Of a stretch of 64,000 nucleotides of DNA, positions 11,590-24,420 are shown one piece after another; positions within the stretch are counted from its first letter, which is position 1, and every line of letters begins with the position of its first letter. The stretch lies in NCBI RefSeq assembly GCF_964194155.1, contig NC_135904.1:27900001-27964000 (forward strand), written 5' to 3'. The notes under the pieces are model-generated. The model did no database searches and was not told the origin of the DNA. It worked only from the letters and a program-made list of their open reading frames with translations. A program made the translations under genes and the position numbers. The stretch comes from Cetorhinus maximus. Its lineage: Eukaryota.

Positions 11590-11730
11590 AGACTTGCAGG
11601 GCCACAGGGATAGGAGCTGGGGTGGGTGGTGGGGGGGGAATAGGACGGACTGGATTGGTCCACAAAGGGCTGGCATGGGCTCGATGGGCAGACTGGCCTC
11701 CTCCTCTGCCACAGCAACTCTGTATCATCC
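11590..11730 (+). mobile_element. CR1 3'UTR fragment
   Basis: gcagggccacagggatagg...gggctggcatgggctcgatgggcagactggcctcct. Confidence 0.65.
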
Positions 11731-13646
11731 TCTCTGTTCACCGTAAGTCACATCGCCATCGTGCTCCCGGGTTATAAGTCACTCTTAAAATTTATACAGT
11801 CCCAAAGTGTGAGCTCAGGTGCATCCCGCCCCAGACGGTTTCGAAACCCCTAGCCCAAATGTCGTGTTGCTTTCTAATATTCACAACAGGCTGAATGATG
11901 TTGGAGAAAAAAAAAGAGTTGCCTCCTGGGTGGCGGAGAAGAGGGGGAATGTGTTTAAACTATCAGTTCATGCACTGCGGATTTAAAGGGAAAAAAAAAC
12001 ATGCCTGACTGAACGTACAAAGCTGCCTTCAGGGTTTATACAGCAAAAGGAAAACATTCCTACACAAGGAAAAATGTTCTACATAATCCCTGTTAGAAAC
12101 CAGATACATTTTACATGTAAAAGGCAAGTTTTTGTGGAGTTAAGCATGTAAAGGGCAATAACTACATTCTTTAATAACTGGAGAAATGGATTACCCTGTA
12201 CTGGGAAACACAATCATTATCAGATTAAATGAAAATGTATCAACCGCACAGACGTGACATTATATTAGGAAACTGATCTGTTCCTACTGACTCATAATCA
12301 CTCTCTGCTGGTCACAGAGTGAAGATTGAACCTATGTCAATAAAGTCATTACTCAGGGCTAGAATCTCACAGTGACACACAGCTGTAAAATGGAAGAGGA
12401 AAAATTTTGAAGCCAGTGCTCAAAACTGGGTCAACACAATTATTGAGAACAGCTAGTCTAATTTCTGGTGCTGGACAGAACAAAGGTGCAAAACATTAGG
12501 AGCTGTATTTGAAGAGAACAAGTCTGGAACAGAAGCATCAGGTCAGTTCCAGGGGCAAAAGTTCAGTGAACAAAACAAAATGGATTTCATTACCATAGCC
12601 TATGGGTGCTTAAAGCAGAAAAACAGACGCATTTACCACGTTGTGCACTGGCCTCAACTAAACAGCCTAATTCATGGACACGCATCAATCCTCAGCCTTC
12701 TTCAAGGACTCGGCTTTGCTCTGTTGACAAGATCCAGAATGACACAACACTCCAGGTTCATCAGCTACACCTAGAGACAATCTCGAAGTGCAGCTGATGC
12801 CACCTCGTGCCACTTACCCGTGACACAGCCCACACCATCAACCACGCACCCAAGGAAATGGTCTAAATCGGCTCCCCCGCCCCACCCCAATTCTTAACAT
12901 GGAGATAATCTGGAGGAAAGGGTACTTGAAAATAGGACTAAAGCATTAAAAAAAGAGACGGAGACACGGGAAAAAACCAAACTTGACAAGGAGGTGACCG
13001 CTTGAGGCTTCTATGTGGATCTAATGTACGGATTACAAGGAGTCGCTTGTACAATCAGTACATAAGGCTAGCAAATGAGCACTTTCAATCCCGTCCTGCC
13101 TCATTATAGCTAACTTATTCTTTTGTCTTCACTGAAGGTCAATTGAAGTCAGGAGAGGATCTCAAGGTATAGAGGAGCCCCTGATAACACTTGTCTGTTT
13201 TGCCGAGCCTGCTAGTTTGTAATAATAAGAGTTGACTGTACTTTTACAGGGCATGCAAAACCAATAAATAAAATATGAGCCTTTTGCTGCTAAAGTGTGC
13301 AACTTTTATTAATTATTTCTGTCCAGTGGTGGCTTCTGCTGAATGCTAATATGGTTAGGTTCTCAAAAGATAAACACTGCAAATTTTGAACTAATTTGTA
13401 CTTGAATGCTATGATAAATTTTATGACTAGGCTAAAATACTTGTATCACCTTTTGAAGCCTTAGCCCAGCGGCTACTGCACATGGGCAGAGATCATTTGG
13501 ACAAAAACACTACATTTTAACACAAATACGTAAAGACGCTAAGTGCAGAGACAGCAGGTTTGCATCTCAGTACCGGTATCTGCCAACCTCAATTAAGGTG
13601 AGCCTTCTGTCAGTCTTTCACCAACCAGCCTTGCGCTTGAACATAC

Positions 13647-13665
13647 CTTTCAGTGACAAAGAAGT
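13647..13665 (-). other. Candidate 19-nt micro-exon
   Basis: Minus strand: tttttttgtctcctccatattccttag|ACTTCTTTGTCACTGAAAG|gtatgt. Splice signals only. Confidence 0.25.
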
Positions 13666-14019
13666 CTAAGGAATATGGAGGAGACAAAAAAACAGGATTG
13701 TTGCTTTCATCACACTCTACGCAATTATTCAGTCAGCCATTTGCAGATTAGTGCACTGTAGACTTCAGTCTGGGTCCCATTGTGTATGAGACCAAGTGCC
13801 TCACGTGGCGCTAGGACAATGGAATGCAAAATGTTTCTCACACCAAGCAGTTGGCTGCATCATTGTGCATTTCACTCTGAGCTTTGTCTGCCGCGATCGG
13901 CGGCTTCTGCTCCTGAGATAGTGACGCCATGCTTTGCTCTGGGAAATTCTGGCCAGCAGCCCAAATTTGATATACAACCTAACTGGGAGAGGTTCAGGTT
14001 CAGGAGGCTGGTTGAGATT

Positions 14020-14345
14020 GACAAAAGAGCTTGCATTTGTATCTCACTTCAGGACATCCCAAAGTATTTCACACCCAATTAAGTAGTGTTGAAGCGTTGG
14101 CACTCTTGTAGGAAATGTGGCAACCAATTTGCATACTGCAATGTCCCACAAACAGCAATGAACTATTGATCGGATAACTGCTTGAACGATATTAGTTAAG
14201 AGATAAATATTGGTCAGGAAATGGTTGGGGGGGTGGCGGTAGTGGGAGACAACCCTGTTCCTCTTCGAGACAGTTCATTGGGATCTTCTGCACCCACCTG
14301 AGAGATCAGTAGAAGCCTCAGTTTAACATTCCCTCTGAAAAGTGC
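14020..14345 (-). mobile_element. Deu-domain SINE (reverse)
   Basis: gggatcttctgcacccacctgagag...gcctcagtttaacatt, and ataaatattggtcagga, are the reverse complement of the Deu core. Confidence 0.75.
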
Positions 14346-14837
14346 AACCGCTAAGCCAAGTCTAAATCTTAGCATTTTCAAATTCAAAATTGTGAAAATC
14401 AACATGGGCTTTGTAGGCTTATAATCTTATTTTTTTTTAAACGATTATTGGACAGCTACTAATCTCAAAAGGACATGCAACCCAAGATCATTCAATCTAT
14501 TTAAAACCAGCATTGTTCACTTACGCAGCTCAAGGACACCTCCCCTTTGCTCCAACAAGTGCTACTTTATCCAAGCATTTATTGACTAAATTAAAACATG
14601 ACTACACGGGTTTCCTACTGTGCCAGTATCTTGAGGTTCAATGTCACTTGGTCTTTTCAGCAGGCAATGTTTTTTAAACCAGCTTAGAAGTAAAGTTATA
14701 AGAACTCTTGACATGGAGGGGTATTTTGAAAGCGGTAAGTTTTATTACTATTCATATGAATATTTTGTGGGAGACATGGCAGAGAAAGGAAAACACAAAA
14801 CTAAATGCCTTGGGGTAGAAACCCATCACGGAAGGTA

Positions 14838-15275
14838 GCTGTGGCTCAGTGGGTGGCACTCTTACCTCTCAATCTGAAGGCTGTGGGTTGAATTGCCACC
14901 CCAAAGGCATGAGCATGTAAATCTAGGCTGACACTCCAGTGCAGTACAGAGAGTGTGCTGCACTGTTGGAGGTACCATCTTTCAGATGAGAATTTAAACT
15001 GAGGGCCTCGTCTGCTCTCTCAGGTAGACGTAAATGATCCCATGGCACCATTTCAAAGAAGGACAGGGGAGTTCTCCTCAATGTCAACTGGCAAATACTT
15101 ATTTTCAATTAACATCAATTTTAAAAAATGACCACACTGATGTTTGAGGGAGCTTGTTATGTGCAGGTTGATTGCTGCATTTCCTAAGTTACAACACATC
15201 AAAAGTACCTCATTGGCTGTAAGGTGCTTTGGGGGTGTCCTGAACTTTTAAAAGGTGCTACAGAAATGCAAATCT
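14838..15275 (+). mobile_element. Near full-length Deu-domain SINE
   Basis: tRNA head gctgtggctcagtggg...gggttgaatt, Deu core, and L2-like 3' tail aaaaggtgctacagaaatgcaaatcttt. Confidence 0.88.
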
Positions 15276-15524
15276 TTCTTATTTTAGTATAAAACAGGTG
15301 GTATTGTGTTGACCTGCCTATTATATGCCCTGTTCAATATTCAATTCTATTGACTGCAATGCAACTGACTATCAGGCGAGGGATATAATGGGCAGCTGAT
15401 GCATTCCTGCCCAAGATAAACTTCTATCCTTTTCCATTTTCGCAGGACTAGGGGGTGTAGTTTCCACTGAAATTCTTCCCGTCTTCCATCAAAATTTAGT
15501 GGGAACACAGCAGAAGCCCTGGAG

Positions 15525-17165
15525 AATTGATAAGGAGGTGGTATTGGATAGGCTGTCTGTACTTAAAGCTGATGAGGCATCAAGATGGATAAGATGCATC
15601 CAAGGATATGGAAGGATGAGAGAGTGGAAATTGTAGAGGCACTGGCCATAATTTTTCAGTCTTCCTTAGAGTCAAGAGTGGTCCAGAAGGGCTGGAGAAT
15701 TGCAAACATTACACCCTTGTTCAAAAAAGGATGTAAAAAGATAAGCCCAGCAACAACAGGCCAGTCAGTTTAACTTTGGTGGTGGGGAAGCTTCTAGAAA
15801 CAATAATTCGGGACAAAATCAATAGTCACCTGGACAAATGCAGGTTAATTAAGGAAAATCGCCATGGATTTCTTAAGAGAAAATTGTGTTTAATTAACTT
15901 GCGGAAGTTGTTTAAAGAGGTAATGTCAATGAGGCAATGCTGTTGATGTGCTTCCAAAAGGCATTTGATACAATGCAGTACAACAGGCTTGTGAGCAAAG
16001 TTATTGCTTAAGGAATAAAAGGGACAGTAGCAACTTGGATACAAAATTGGCTCAATAAAACAGCGAGTAATGGTGAATGGATGTTTCTCAGGCTAGAGGA
16101 AGGTTTGTAGTGGAGTTCTCCAGGAGTCAGTGTTGGGATCCTTGCTTTTCCTGATATATATTAATGACCTAGGCCTTGGGGTACAGGACAAAATTTCAAA
16201 GTTTGTGCATGATACAAAACTTGGAAGAATTGTGAACTGTGAGGGGATAGTGTAGAACTTCAAAAGGGCATTGACAAATGGTGGAATGGACAGATAGGTG
16301 GAAGATGATGTTCAATGCGGAGAAGTGTGAAGTGGTTTATTTTAGTAGGAAGAACATGCAGAGACAATATAAAATAAATGATACAACTCTAAAGGGGTGC
16401 AGAAGAAGAGGGACCTGGGTGTATATGTGCAATAAGGCATTGAAGGTGCCAGGGCAGGTTGAGAGCGCAGTTAATAAAGCATACAGTATCCTAGGCTTCA
16501 TTAGTAGGGAATAGAGTACAAGAGCAAGGAGGTTATGCTGAACTTGTATAAGACACTAGTTCGGTCTCAACCGAGACCAGTTGCACCCAGTTCAGGGCTT
16601 TGCACTTTAGGATGTGAAGACAATTGGAGACAGTGCAGAAAAGACTCACGGGAATAGTTCCAGAGATGAGGAACTTTAGTTATGAAGACAGATTGGAGAA
16701 ATTGGGACTGTTTTCCTTGGAGAAGGCTAAGAGAAGATTTGATAGAGGTATTCAAAATCATGAGGGGTCTGGACAGAGTAGATAGGGAGGAACTGCTTCC
16801 ACCCATGAAAGGATCGAGAACAAGAGGGCACAGATTTAAAGCAATTGGCAAAAGCAGCAAAAGTGACATGAGAAAAATCTATTTCATGCAGCGCATGGTT
16901 AAGCTCTGGAATGCACTGCCTGAGAGTGTGGTGGAGGCAGGTTCAATCAAAGCATTCTAAAGGAAATTAGACTGTAATCTGAAAAGGAAGAATGTGCAGG
17001 GTTACGGGGAGAAGATCCATCCGCAGCCTACTTCCACTTGATATGAACCATCACACCTCTGGTGTCAATTTAAATGGCACTCAATGGACTGCTCATTTGG
17101 AGAGCTGGTACAGACATGATGGGCCAAATGGTCTCCTTCTGCACTGTAACTATTCTGTGATTTCA
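15525..17165 (+). mobile_element. CR1 LINE, ~1.6 kb decayed ORF2 RT and 3' end
   Basis: MHPRIWK...ALAIIFQSSL...WRIANITPLFKKG; FNAEKCEVV; RRLREDLIEVFKIMRGLDRVD...LWNALPESVVEAG; multiple frameshifts. Confidence 0.92.
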
Positions 17166-18549
17166 TAAGAAAACAGGGACAGATGGCCATGTTCAGAGTT
17201 TCGACCAACTTTCACCGAGGTTACGAGAGGGGATTGGGTGATCATGCAGAAATTTTCCAATATTTTGAACTCCTCTGAAGGTGACTATAGAATTTCTGAA
17301 GCAAACAAATGATAGCATTTCAGTTTATTCCCTCAGCTTTTGTTCTTCTGTTTTCGGATTTAATTTTTAGAAGGTTACAAAAATTCATTGTTGTAAGTGT
17401 CACAGAGAAGAACAGCTGTGCATTTGCAGTAAACTGAAGGTATCTTTCCAAACTCTAAGGGTTAGTTAGGGAAGGTAAGAGCTAGCTGCTTCAGCATCTC
17501 TGGTCAGTGTTAATCCTCTTCATCCATTAATAAGCAGTAATTTTTTTGACACGACATGGCAAGGCTTAAATGCTCCTGTCAGAATGCATTTTCCATTCAA
17601 ATGTCAGCTGTCAGAATGCTACATCAGGTCATAGTTTACAAGCCAGGTAAAGGTGAGATAAACAAGCTGTCAGAATTGTCACCTACAGTATGAGCCACAC
17701 TTTAGTGTATTATCAGTGCTCAGGTTTCTTAATCTTTATGTTTATAGAGAATGAGATCCACCCTCAGCCTTTCTATTGCTGCTTGACATGAACCATCACC
17801 TTTGGTGTCCATTTAAATACTTCACAAAGTGTGTCTTGCATTAACAACATCTAGAGGGGGTCTGTAATCTGTGCTGGATGCATTAACACCATTCGACCTC
17901 CCGGATGATAGATCAGATGGCTGGACACGTAATGCTCCCTCTAGGCTTTTAAGCAGGAGTGTTAGCTGAGCCGGCCTGTCATTCTGTGCACGTGCAGCGA
18001 CTTCACACAGTGGAAAAGCAATACTGGGCTTCCTTGGAATAATTAACATGCTTTTACATATTAAGGTTGAAGCGAAACAATATTTATTATTATTGCATGG
18101 TAGGAATGGAATAAAGATCTGCTTTATATGGTCTGGAGCTGGCTCCAGATCACTGCTCTATTTTTGTACAGTTGTAGGAGCCAGAAGGAGCTGTAATTCC
18201 AATTTCCTGCACGGATTAGTGAATAAAAGGAAAAGCATCTTCTAAAATGGGGAACTTTAAGGCAACGGACAGAATGTGCCAAACAGAAGAAAAGGCACAA
18301 CGCAAGCCAACATGTATTGTATGAATAGCAGGGAATGCAGCTCCTCAAACTCATGATGGGGGGAGGGAAAAATTCCAAGGTTTAAGGCTTTTAGAAAAAA
18401 AAAAGCAAAACAAATCCAGAACGAAAATAGAATGCAAGGCACTCGTTTAATTTCTACAAAATGATCCCGGAACAGGTTGACAATTGCTGGTGCTGTCACG
18501 TAATCGGCGCTTCACTGTTCGAGGCTGTGGCTACTCATATACCGAGTAT

Positions 18550-18720
18550 ATTCGGGACATGAGAACGATAGATGTTTGAGTGCCGAGAGAATTAGAGGGT
18601 TTGTGAATACTGTGGGAAGGGGAAGATTGAGGTCGAAAAATCAGCCGTGATTGTATTTGTTGCCAGAGCAGGCTCGAAGGGCCAAATGGCCTACTCCTGC
18701 TCCTATTTCTTACATTCTTA
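18550..18720 (+). mobile_element. CR1 3'UTR fragment
   Basis: tcagccgtgattg...gcaggctcgaagggccaaatggcctactcctgctcctatttctta. Confidence 0.75.
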
Positions 18721-19329
18721 AGAGGAGCAGATTACACCAAATGAATGATAAAATAGCACGCACTTGGCAAAAGAATAACACTCTATAAGTCACTGAGTGC
18801 TTGCATTCCTTGCTCAGTTTAAAACTAGCTGTAGATCAATTCCTGGACTGAGGTGATTCAGATGGATTTTGTCATTTGTTCCATATTTACACACAAACGG
18901 ATGATTTATATAAATATATACGACAAATAGCACATGCATATGTGTGGGTACATATATTCTGTGTGTATATATATATTTGTGTAGGTTTGTGTATATAAGT
19001 AGATCCTTGCATGCTTCTCGCCACCCCTCAGTTTCACTAACCCACCGCTGATCTCTATCTTGATCATTCTCTGTTATCAGTTTCCAATACCAAGCCACCA
19101 TAGCCTTCTCAACACTGCCCCGCGGCCTTCTCCATTTTGACCCAGCCCTCAGTTCTCCAGCCTAACTCTTCCATTGCTCTATCCCCTTCCCCAAGGTGGG
19201 CGGCATTCCCCATGTGCCCCCAGCTCTTATTGTAAAGCATTCTGAAACATCTTCCTGCAGGAGTTTTTTTTAAATGTAAACTTCACCTCGAATTACAAAG
19301 GTGCGTGCGTGCAGAAGTGGAGGATCCTA

Positions 19330-21030
19330 GAACGGTCACTGCACAAGAGGAGACCATTCAACCTGCTGCATCCATGCCAGTTCCCTGTAAGAGCTAGTTC
19401 CAACCACCCTCCCCCTCCACCTTTCACTATAGCCCTCCGAATATTTTCTCTTCAAAAGAATTCCCTTTCGGAAGCTAGAATTGAATCAGCCACCACACAG
19501 GCAGTGCATTCAAGATCCTGATCACTCACTGCCGAGAAAAGATTTTTCCTTGTGTTGCCTTTGGATCTTTTGCCATTTAACTTTAATCAGTGTCCTCTGG
19601 TTCTTAATCCTTTCGCCGATGGGAACTGTTTCTGCCGAATTACTATGTCCAGATTTGTCATAACTCTGACCACTTTTTATCCAACATCTAACAAAAGCCC
19701 CACCTTCACCAATCTATCCATGTAACTGAAGCTTCTCTGCCCTTGAACCATTCTTGTAAATCCCTCTCTAATACCTTCCCATCCTTCCTAAAGTGTGGCA
19801 CTCAGAACTGGACACAATTCTCCAGCTGCGGCTGAGCGCCAGTGTTTTTAACAGATTTATCAAAACTTCCGTGCTTCTATGCTCCACGGCCAGGATTTTT
19901 ACAGCCCTTCCCACCTGGCAGGATGGTACGGTCCTGCCAAACTGAATGGCGATTTAGATGGGTCGCCGCATCTGCCGGGGGGAGACACTCTGTGGCAGGG
20001 CTGTAAAATCCTGTCCCGTGTCTTAGTTTAAAAAGCCCAGGAACCCACATGCTTTACTAACCACTTTCTCAACTCTTTGAAGGGGGTAGGCCATGTTAAG
20101 AACGTAAGAAATAGAAGCAGCTCCTCAAGCCTGTTCACCATTCAATAAAATCATGACTGATCTGTTTTGTGGCCTTAACTCTACTTTCCTGCCTATGCCC
20201 CACTCTTCCCCCCCACCAACCTTCCACTAAAACCCTCGACTCCCTTGTAGATCAAAAATCTGTCCAACTCTGCCTTGAATATATTCAGTGACCCAGCCCC
20301 CACTGCTCGCTGGGGCAAGAGAATTCCAAAGTCTAACGATTGTCTGAGAGAAGGAATTCCTCCTCTTCTCTGTCTTAAATGGGAGACCCCTTATTTTGAA
20401 AGTATGTCCCCTAGTTCTAGATTCCCCCATGAGGGGAAACATTCTCTCAGCATGGACCTTGTCAAGCCCCCTCTGAATTTTTTACACTTCAATAAGATCA
20501 CCTCATTCTTTTAAACTCCATTGAGTATAGGGCCAACCTACTCAATCTTTCCTCATAAGGCAACTCCTTCATCCCAGGGATTATCCTACTGAGCCGTCTC
20601 TGAATCATTCCAATTCAAGTATATCCTTCCTTAAATAGGAGACTAAAATTGTACGCAGTACTCCAGGGGTGGTCTCACCAATGCCCTGTACAGTTGTAAC
20701 AAGACTTCTCTACTTTTATACTCCATCACTTTGCAAAAAAAGCCAACATTCCATTTGTTTTCTTAATTACTTGCTGTACCTACATGCTAATTTTTTGTGA
20801 TTCATACGAGGACACCCAGAAGCCTTTGTATCACACCATTCTGCTCTCTATGTGCAAAGGTATCCTCAGGTCCCTCTGTTCCTGCACCTCTTTTGAACTG
20901 TATGCTTTATTTTATATTGCCTCTCCTCATTCTTCCTACCAAACCTATCACTTTACACTTCTCTGCAATAAATGCATCTGCCATGTGTCTGCACATTCCA
21001 AAAACCTGTCTATGCCCGCATGAAGCCTAT
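19330..21030 (-). mobile_element. Nested CR1 fragments (older host plus a second CR1 at ~20100-20830) with a MITE at 19888-20017
   Basis: Minus-strand FPLMGESRTRGHTFKIRGLPFKTEKRRNSFSQ; MITE termini ggccaggatttttac / gtaaaatcctgtcc. Confidence 0.8.
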
Positions 21031-21039
21031 TTCTTTCTG

Positions 21040-21820
21040 TCTCATTGGGTGTGGGAGTCGCTGATTAGGCCAGCATTTTATTGCTCATCTCTAATTGCCC
21101 TCAAGAAGGTGGTAGTGAGCCACCTTCTTGAACTGCTGCAGTCCACGTGGAATTGAAACACGCACAGTGCTGTTAGGAAGGGAGTTCCAGGATTTTGATC
21201 CAGCGACAGTGAAGGAACAGCAATATAGTTCCAAGTCAGGAGGGTGTGTGGCTTGGAGGAGAACTTGCAGGTGGTAGTGTTCCCATGTATCTGCTCCCCT
21301 TGTCCTTCTAGGTGGTGGAGGTCGTGGGTTTAGAAGGTGTTGTTGAAGGAGGATGGGTTGCTGCTGTGCATCTTGTAGATGGGACACATGGCTGCCACTG
21401 TGCATTAGTGGTGGAGGGATTGGATGTTAAAGGTGGTGGATGGGGTGCCAATCAAGCGGGCTATTTTGTCCCGGATGGTGTCAAGCTTCTTGAGTGTTGT
21501 TGGAGCTGCACTCAACCAGGCATTTGGACAGTATTGCATCACACTCCTGACTTGTGCCTTGTAGATGGTAGACAGTAGACAGGCTTTGGGGAGTCAGGAG
21601 GTGAGTTACTCTCCGCAGAATTCTCAGCCTTTGACCTACTATTATAACCGCAGTATTTCTATGGCTAGTCCAGTTCAGTTTCTGGTCAATGGTAACCTCC
21701 AGTATGTTGATAGTGGGGGAAATTCAGTGATGGTAATGCCATTGACTGTCAAGGGTTGATGATTGGATTCTCTCTTGTTGGAGATGGTCATTGCCTGGCA
21801 CCTCTGAGGTGCAAGTGTTA
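21040..21820 (-). mobile_element. LINE family B 3' fragment (reverse)
   Basis: ggccagcattttattgctcatctctaattgccct...gaactgctgcagtcc; reverse complement of the 22110-23610 3' region. Confidence 0.88.
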
Positions 21821-22109
21821 CTATCTATCACTATCCTCCTCACAGTTCACAACATTTCCAATTTTGTGTCATCTGCAAATTTTGAAATTGTGCCCTGCAC
21901 ACCCAAGTCTACGTCTTAATATAGATCAAGTAAATCAATGTACCGACCCCTTAGAAGCACCAATGTATGCCTTCCTCCAGTCCGCCACTACTCTCTGTTT
22001 CCTGTCACTCAGCCAGTTTCATATCCATGCTGCCACAGGGCTTTAACTTTGCTGACAAGCCCCTGTTGTGACGCAAGTGCCTTTTGAAAGTATTTCAGTA
22101 CTAATGCCT

Positions 22110-23610
22110 ATTCCAGCAATTGTACTGAAACTTGTGCTCCAGAACTTGCCGTGCCTCTAGCCAAGCTGCTCCAATACGGCTACAACAAAGTTTCCCGGTT
22201 ATGCGGAAACTTGCCCAGGTATGTCCTGTACACGAAAAGCAGGGCAAGTAAAACCTGTCCAATTACCACCCATCAGTCTACTCTTGATCATCATCATTAA
22301 AGTCATGGAAGGGGTCATCAACAGTGCTATCAAGTGCCACTTGCTTAGCAATAACCTGCTCACTGACACGCAGTTTGGGTTCCGCCAGGGTCACTCAGCT
22401 CCTGACCTCATTACAGACCTGGTTCAAACATGGACAAAAGAGCTGAACTCCAGGGGTGAGGTGAGCGTGAAGACCCTTGCCATCGAGACAGAATTTGACC
22501 GAGTGTGGCATCAAGAAGCCCTAGCAAAACTGGAGTCAATGGGAATCAGGGGGAAAACTCTGCTGGTTGGAGTCATATCTAGCACAAAGGAAGTTGGTTC
22601 TGGTTGTTGGAGGTCAATCATCTCAGTGCCAGGACATCACTGCAGGAGTTCCTGAGGGTAGTGGCCTCGGCCACAACTTCAGCTACTTCATCAATTACTT
22701 TCCTTCCATCATAAGGTCAGAAGTGGAGATGTACTCTGATTATTGCACAATGTTCAGCACCATTCATGACTCCTCAGATACAGAGCAAGACCTGGACAAT
22801 ATCCAGGCTTGGGTTGACAAGTGGCAAGTAACATTCGCATCACACAAGTGCCAGGCAATGATCATCTCCAACAAGAGAGGATCTAACCATCACTCCTTGA
22901 CATTCAATGGCATTACCATCACTGAATCCCCCACTATCAACATTCTGGGGGTTACCATTGACCAGAAACTGAACTGGACTAGCCATATAAATACTGTGGT
23001 TACATGAGCAGGTCAGAAGCTAGGAATCCTGCAGTGAGTTGCTCACCTCCTGACTCCCCAGAGCCTGTCCACCAGCTACAAGGCACAATCTGGAGTGTGA
23101 TGGAATACTCTCTACTTGCCTGGGTGAGTGCAGCTCCCACAACACAAGAAGCTTCAAACCATCCAGGACAAAGCAGCCCACTTGATTGGCACCCCATCCA
23201 CAAATATCCACTCTCTCCACCACTGATGCACAGTAACAGCAGTGTGTACCATCTACAAGATGCACTGCAGGAACTCACCAAGGCTCCTTAGACAGCACCT
23301 TCCAAACCCTTGACCGCTACTATCTACAAGAACGAGGGCAGCAGACACATGGGAACACCAGCACCTGGATGTTTCCCTCCAAGCCACATAGCATCCTGAC
23401 TTGGAAATATATCACCGTTTCTTTCACTGTTGCTGGTTCAAAGTCCTGAAACTCTTTCCTGAACAGCACTCTGGGTGTACCTACACCATATGGACTGCAG
23501 CGGTTCAAGAAGGCAGCTCACCACCACCTTTCTCAAAGACAATTAGGGATGGGCAATAAATGCTGGCCCAACCAGCGAAGCCCACATCCCATGAATGAAT
23601 AAAAAAAAAA
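22110..23610 (+). mobile_element. LINE family B (CR1/L2 group) RT to 3' end
   Basis: RT motifs PISLL..I.KVMEGVIN...QFGFRQGHSAPD...FDRVWH...AGVPEGS...MYSD; 3' end gggcaataaatgctggcc...cccatgaatgaataaaaaaaaa; frameshifted. Confidence 0.9.
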
Positions 23611-23749
23611 TCCACGTACATCGCATCTACTACATTACCTTCATCAACTCTCTCTGTTAGCTCATTAAAAATTCAATTAAATGAATTAAACACGGTTTAC
23701 CTTTGACAAATCTTTGCTGGCTTTCCTTAATTAATCCTCATGTGTTTAA

Positions 23750-24420
23750 GTGGCCGTCACATCAAAAAGTCGTTCTACCTATCTCACCTATGGATAATGT
23801 GGTTTATGAATTTCAGTGCCAGTGTGATACTAGGTATGTAGGCCACACGTCCCAAAGACTAGCGGATCGTATCAAACAGCATGGGCCAGCCGCTGTTTGC
23901 AATGGGCAGGGTACAGACTGTACCCAACCAGCCTATGGGTGCAAAAATCAAAACACAATGTCCAACATTATATGTGATTCTGCCATTGGTCAACATTTGC
24001 TAAATCATCCTCAATGTGCTAAAAATTATGCTGACAACCAATTTAAGATTGTCAGTCGAGCTCGCAGTGTGGCACAATTGTATGTACTGGAAGCTACATA
24101 TATTAATATACAGGGCTCTGTTCTTTGCAGACAGAAAAAAACATGTACACACATAGTCATTTACTGGTTCATTCCTCAGAGCAGTGCCTTGACCAATCAG
24201 AGTCAAGCCTCTTGGTTTAACTTTCAAACAATGCTTGACAGTTAACTGTCAGTCACCATTAACTGGTGCATTCTCCATGGCAACACCTCAGAGGCCATTG
24301 CCAACCAATCAGCACTCTCTTCTCATACAGTATAAAGTAATTGCTTCCCTTGACATTGGTATTCTGGCGATCGTCATGATGAGTGCAAGACCAAAAGCTT
24401 TGACAAAATGTCTTCCTTCA
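23750..24420 (+). mobile_element. Penelope-like element: GIY-YIG endonuclease remnant and terminal repeat
   Basis: NVVYEFQCQCDTRYVGHTSQRLADRIKQH...SAIGQHL...FKIVSRA...LEATYI..QGSVLCRQK is the Penelope GIY-YIG domain; hammerhead-like motif at the 3' end. Confidence 0.9.
24371..24406 (+). ncRNA. Degenerate minimal hammerhead-ribozyme motif (Penelope terminus)
   Basis: tcgtc-ATGATGA-GT gcaag AC-CAAA-AGCT-TT-gacaa: stem I gtc/gac and palindromic AAGCTT. Core deviates from CUGANGA/GAAA at two positions. Confidence 0.55.
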
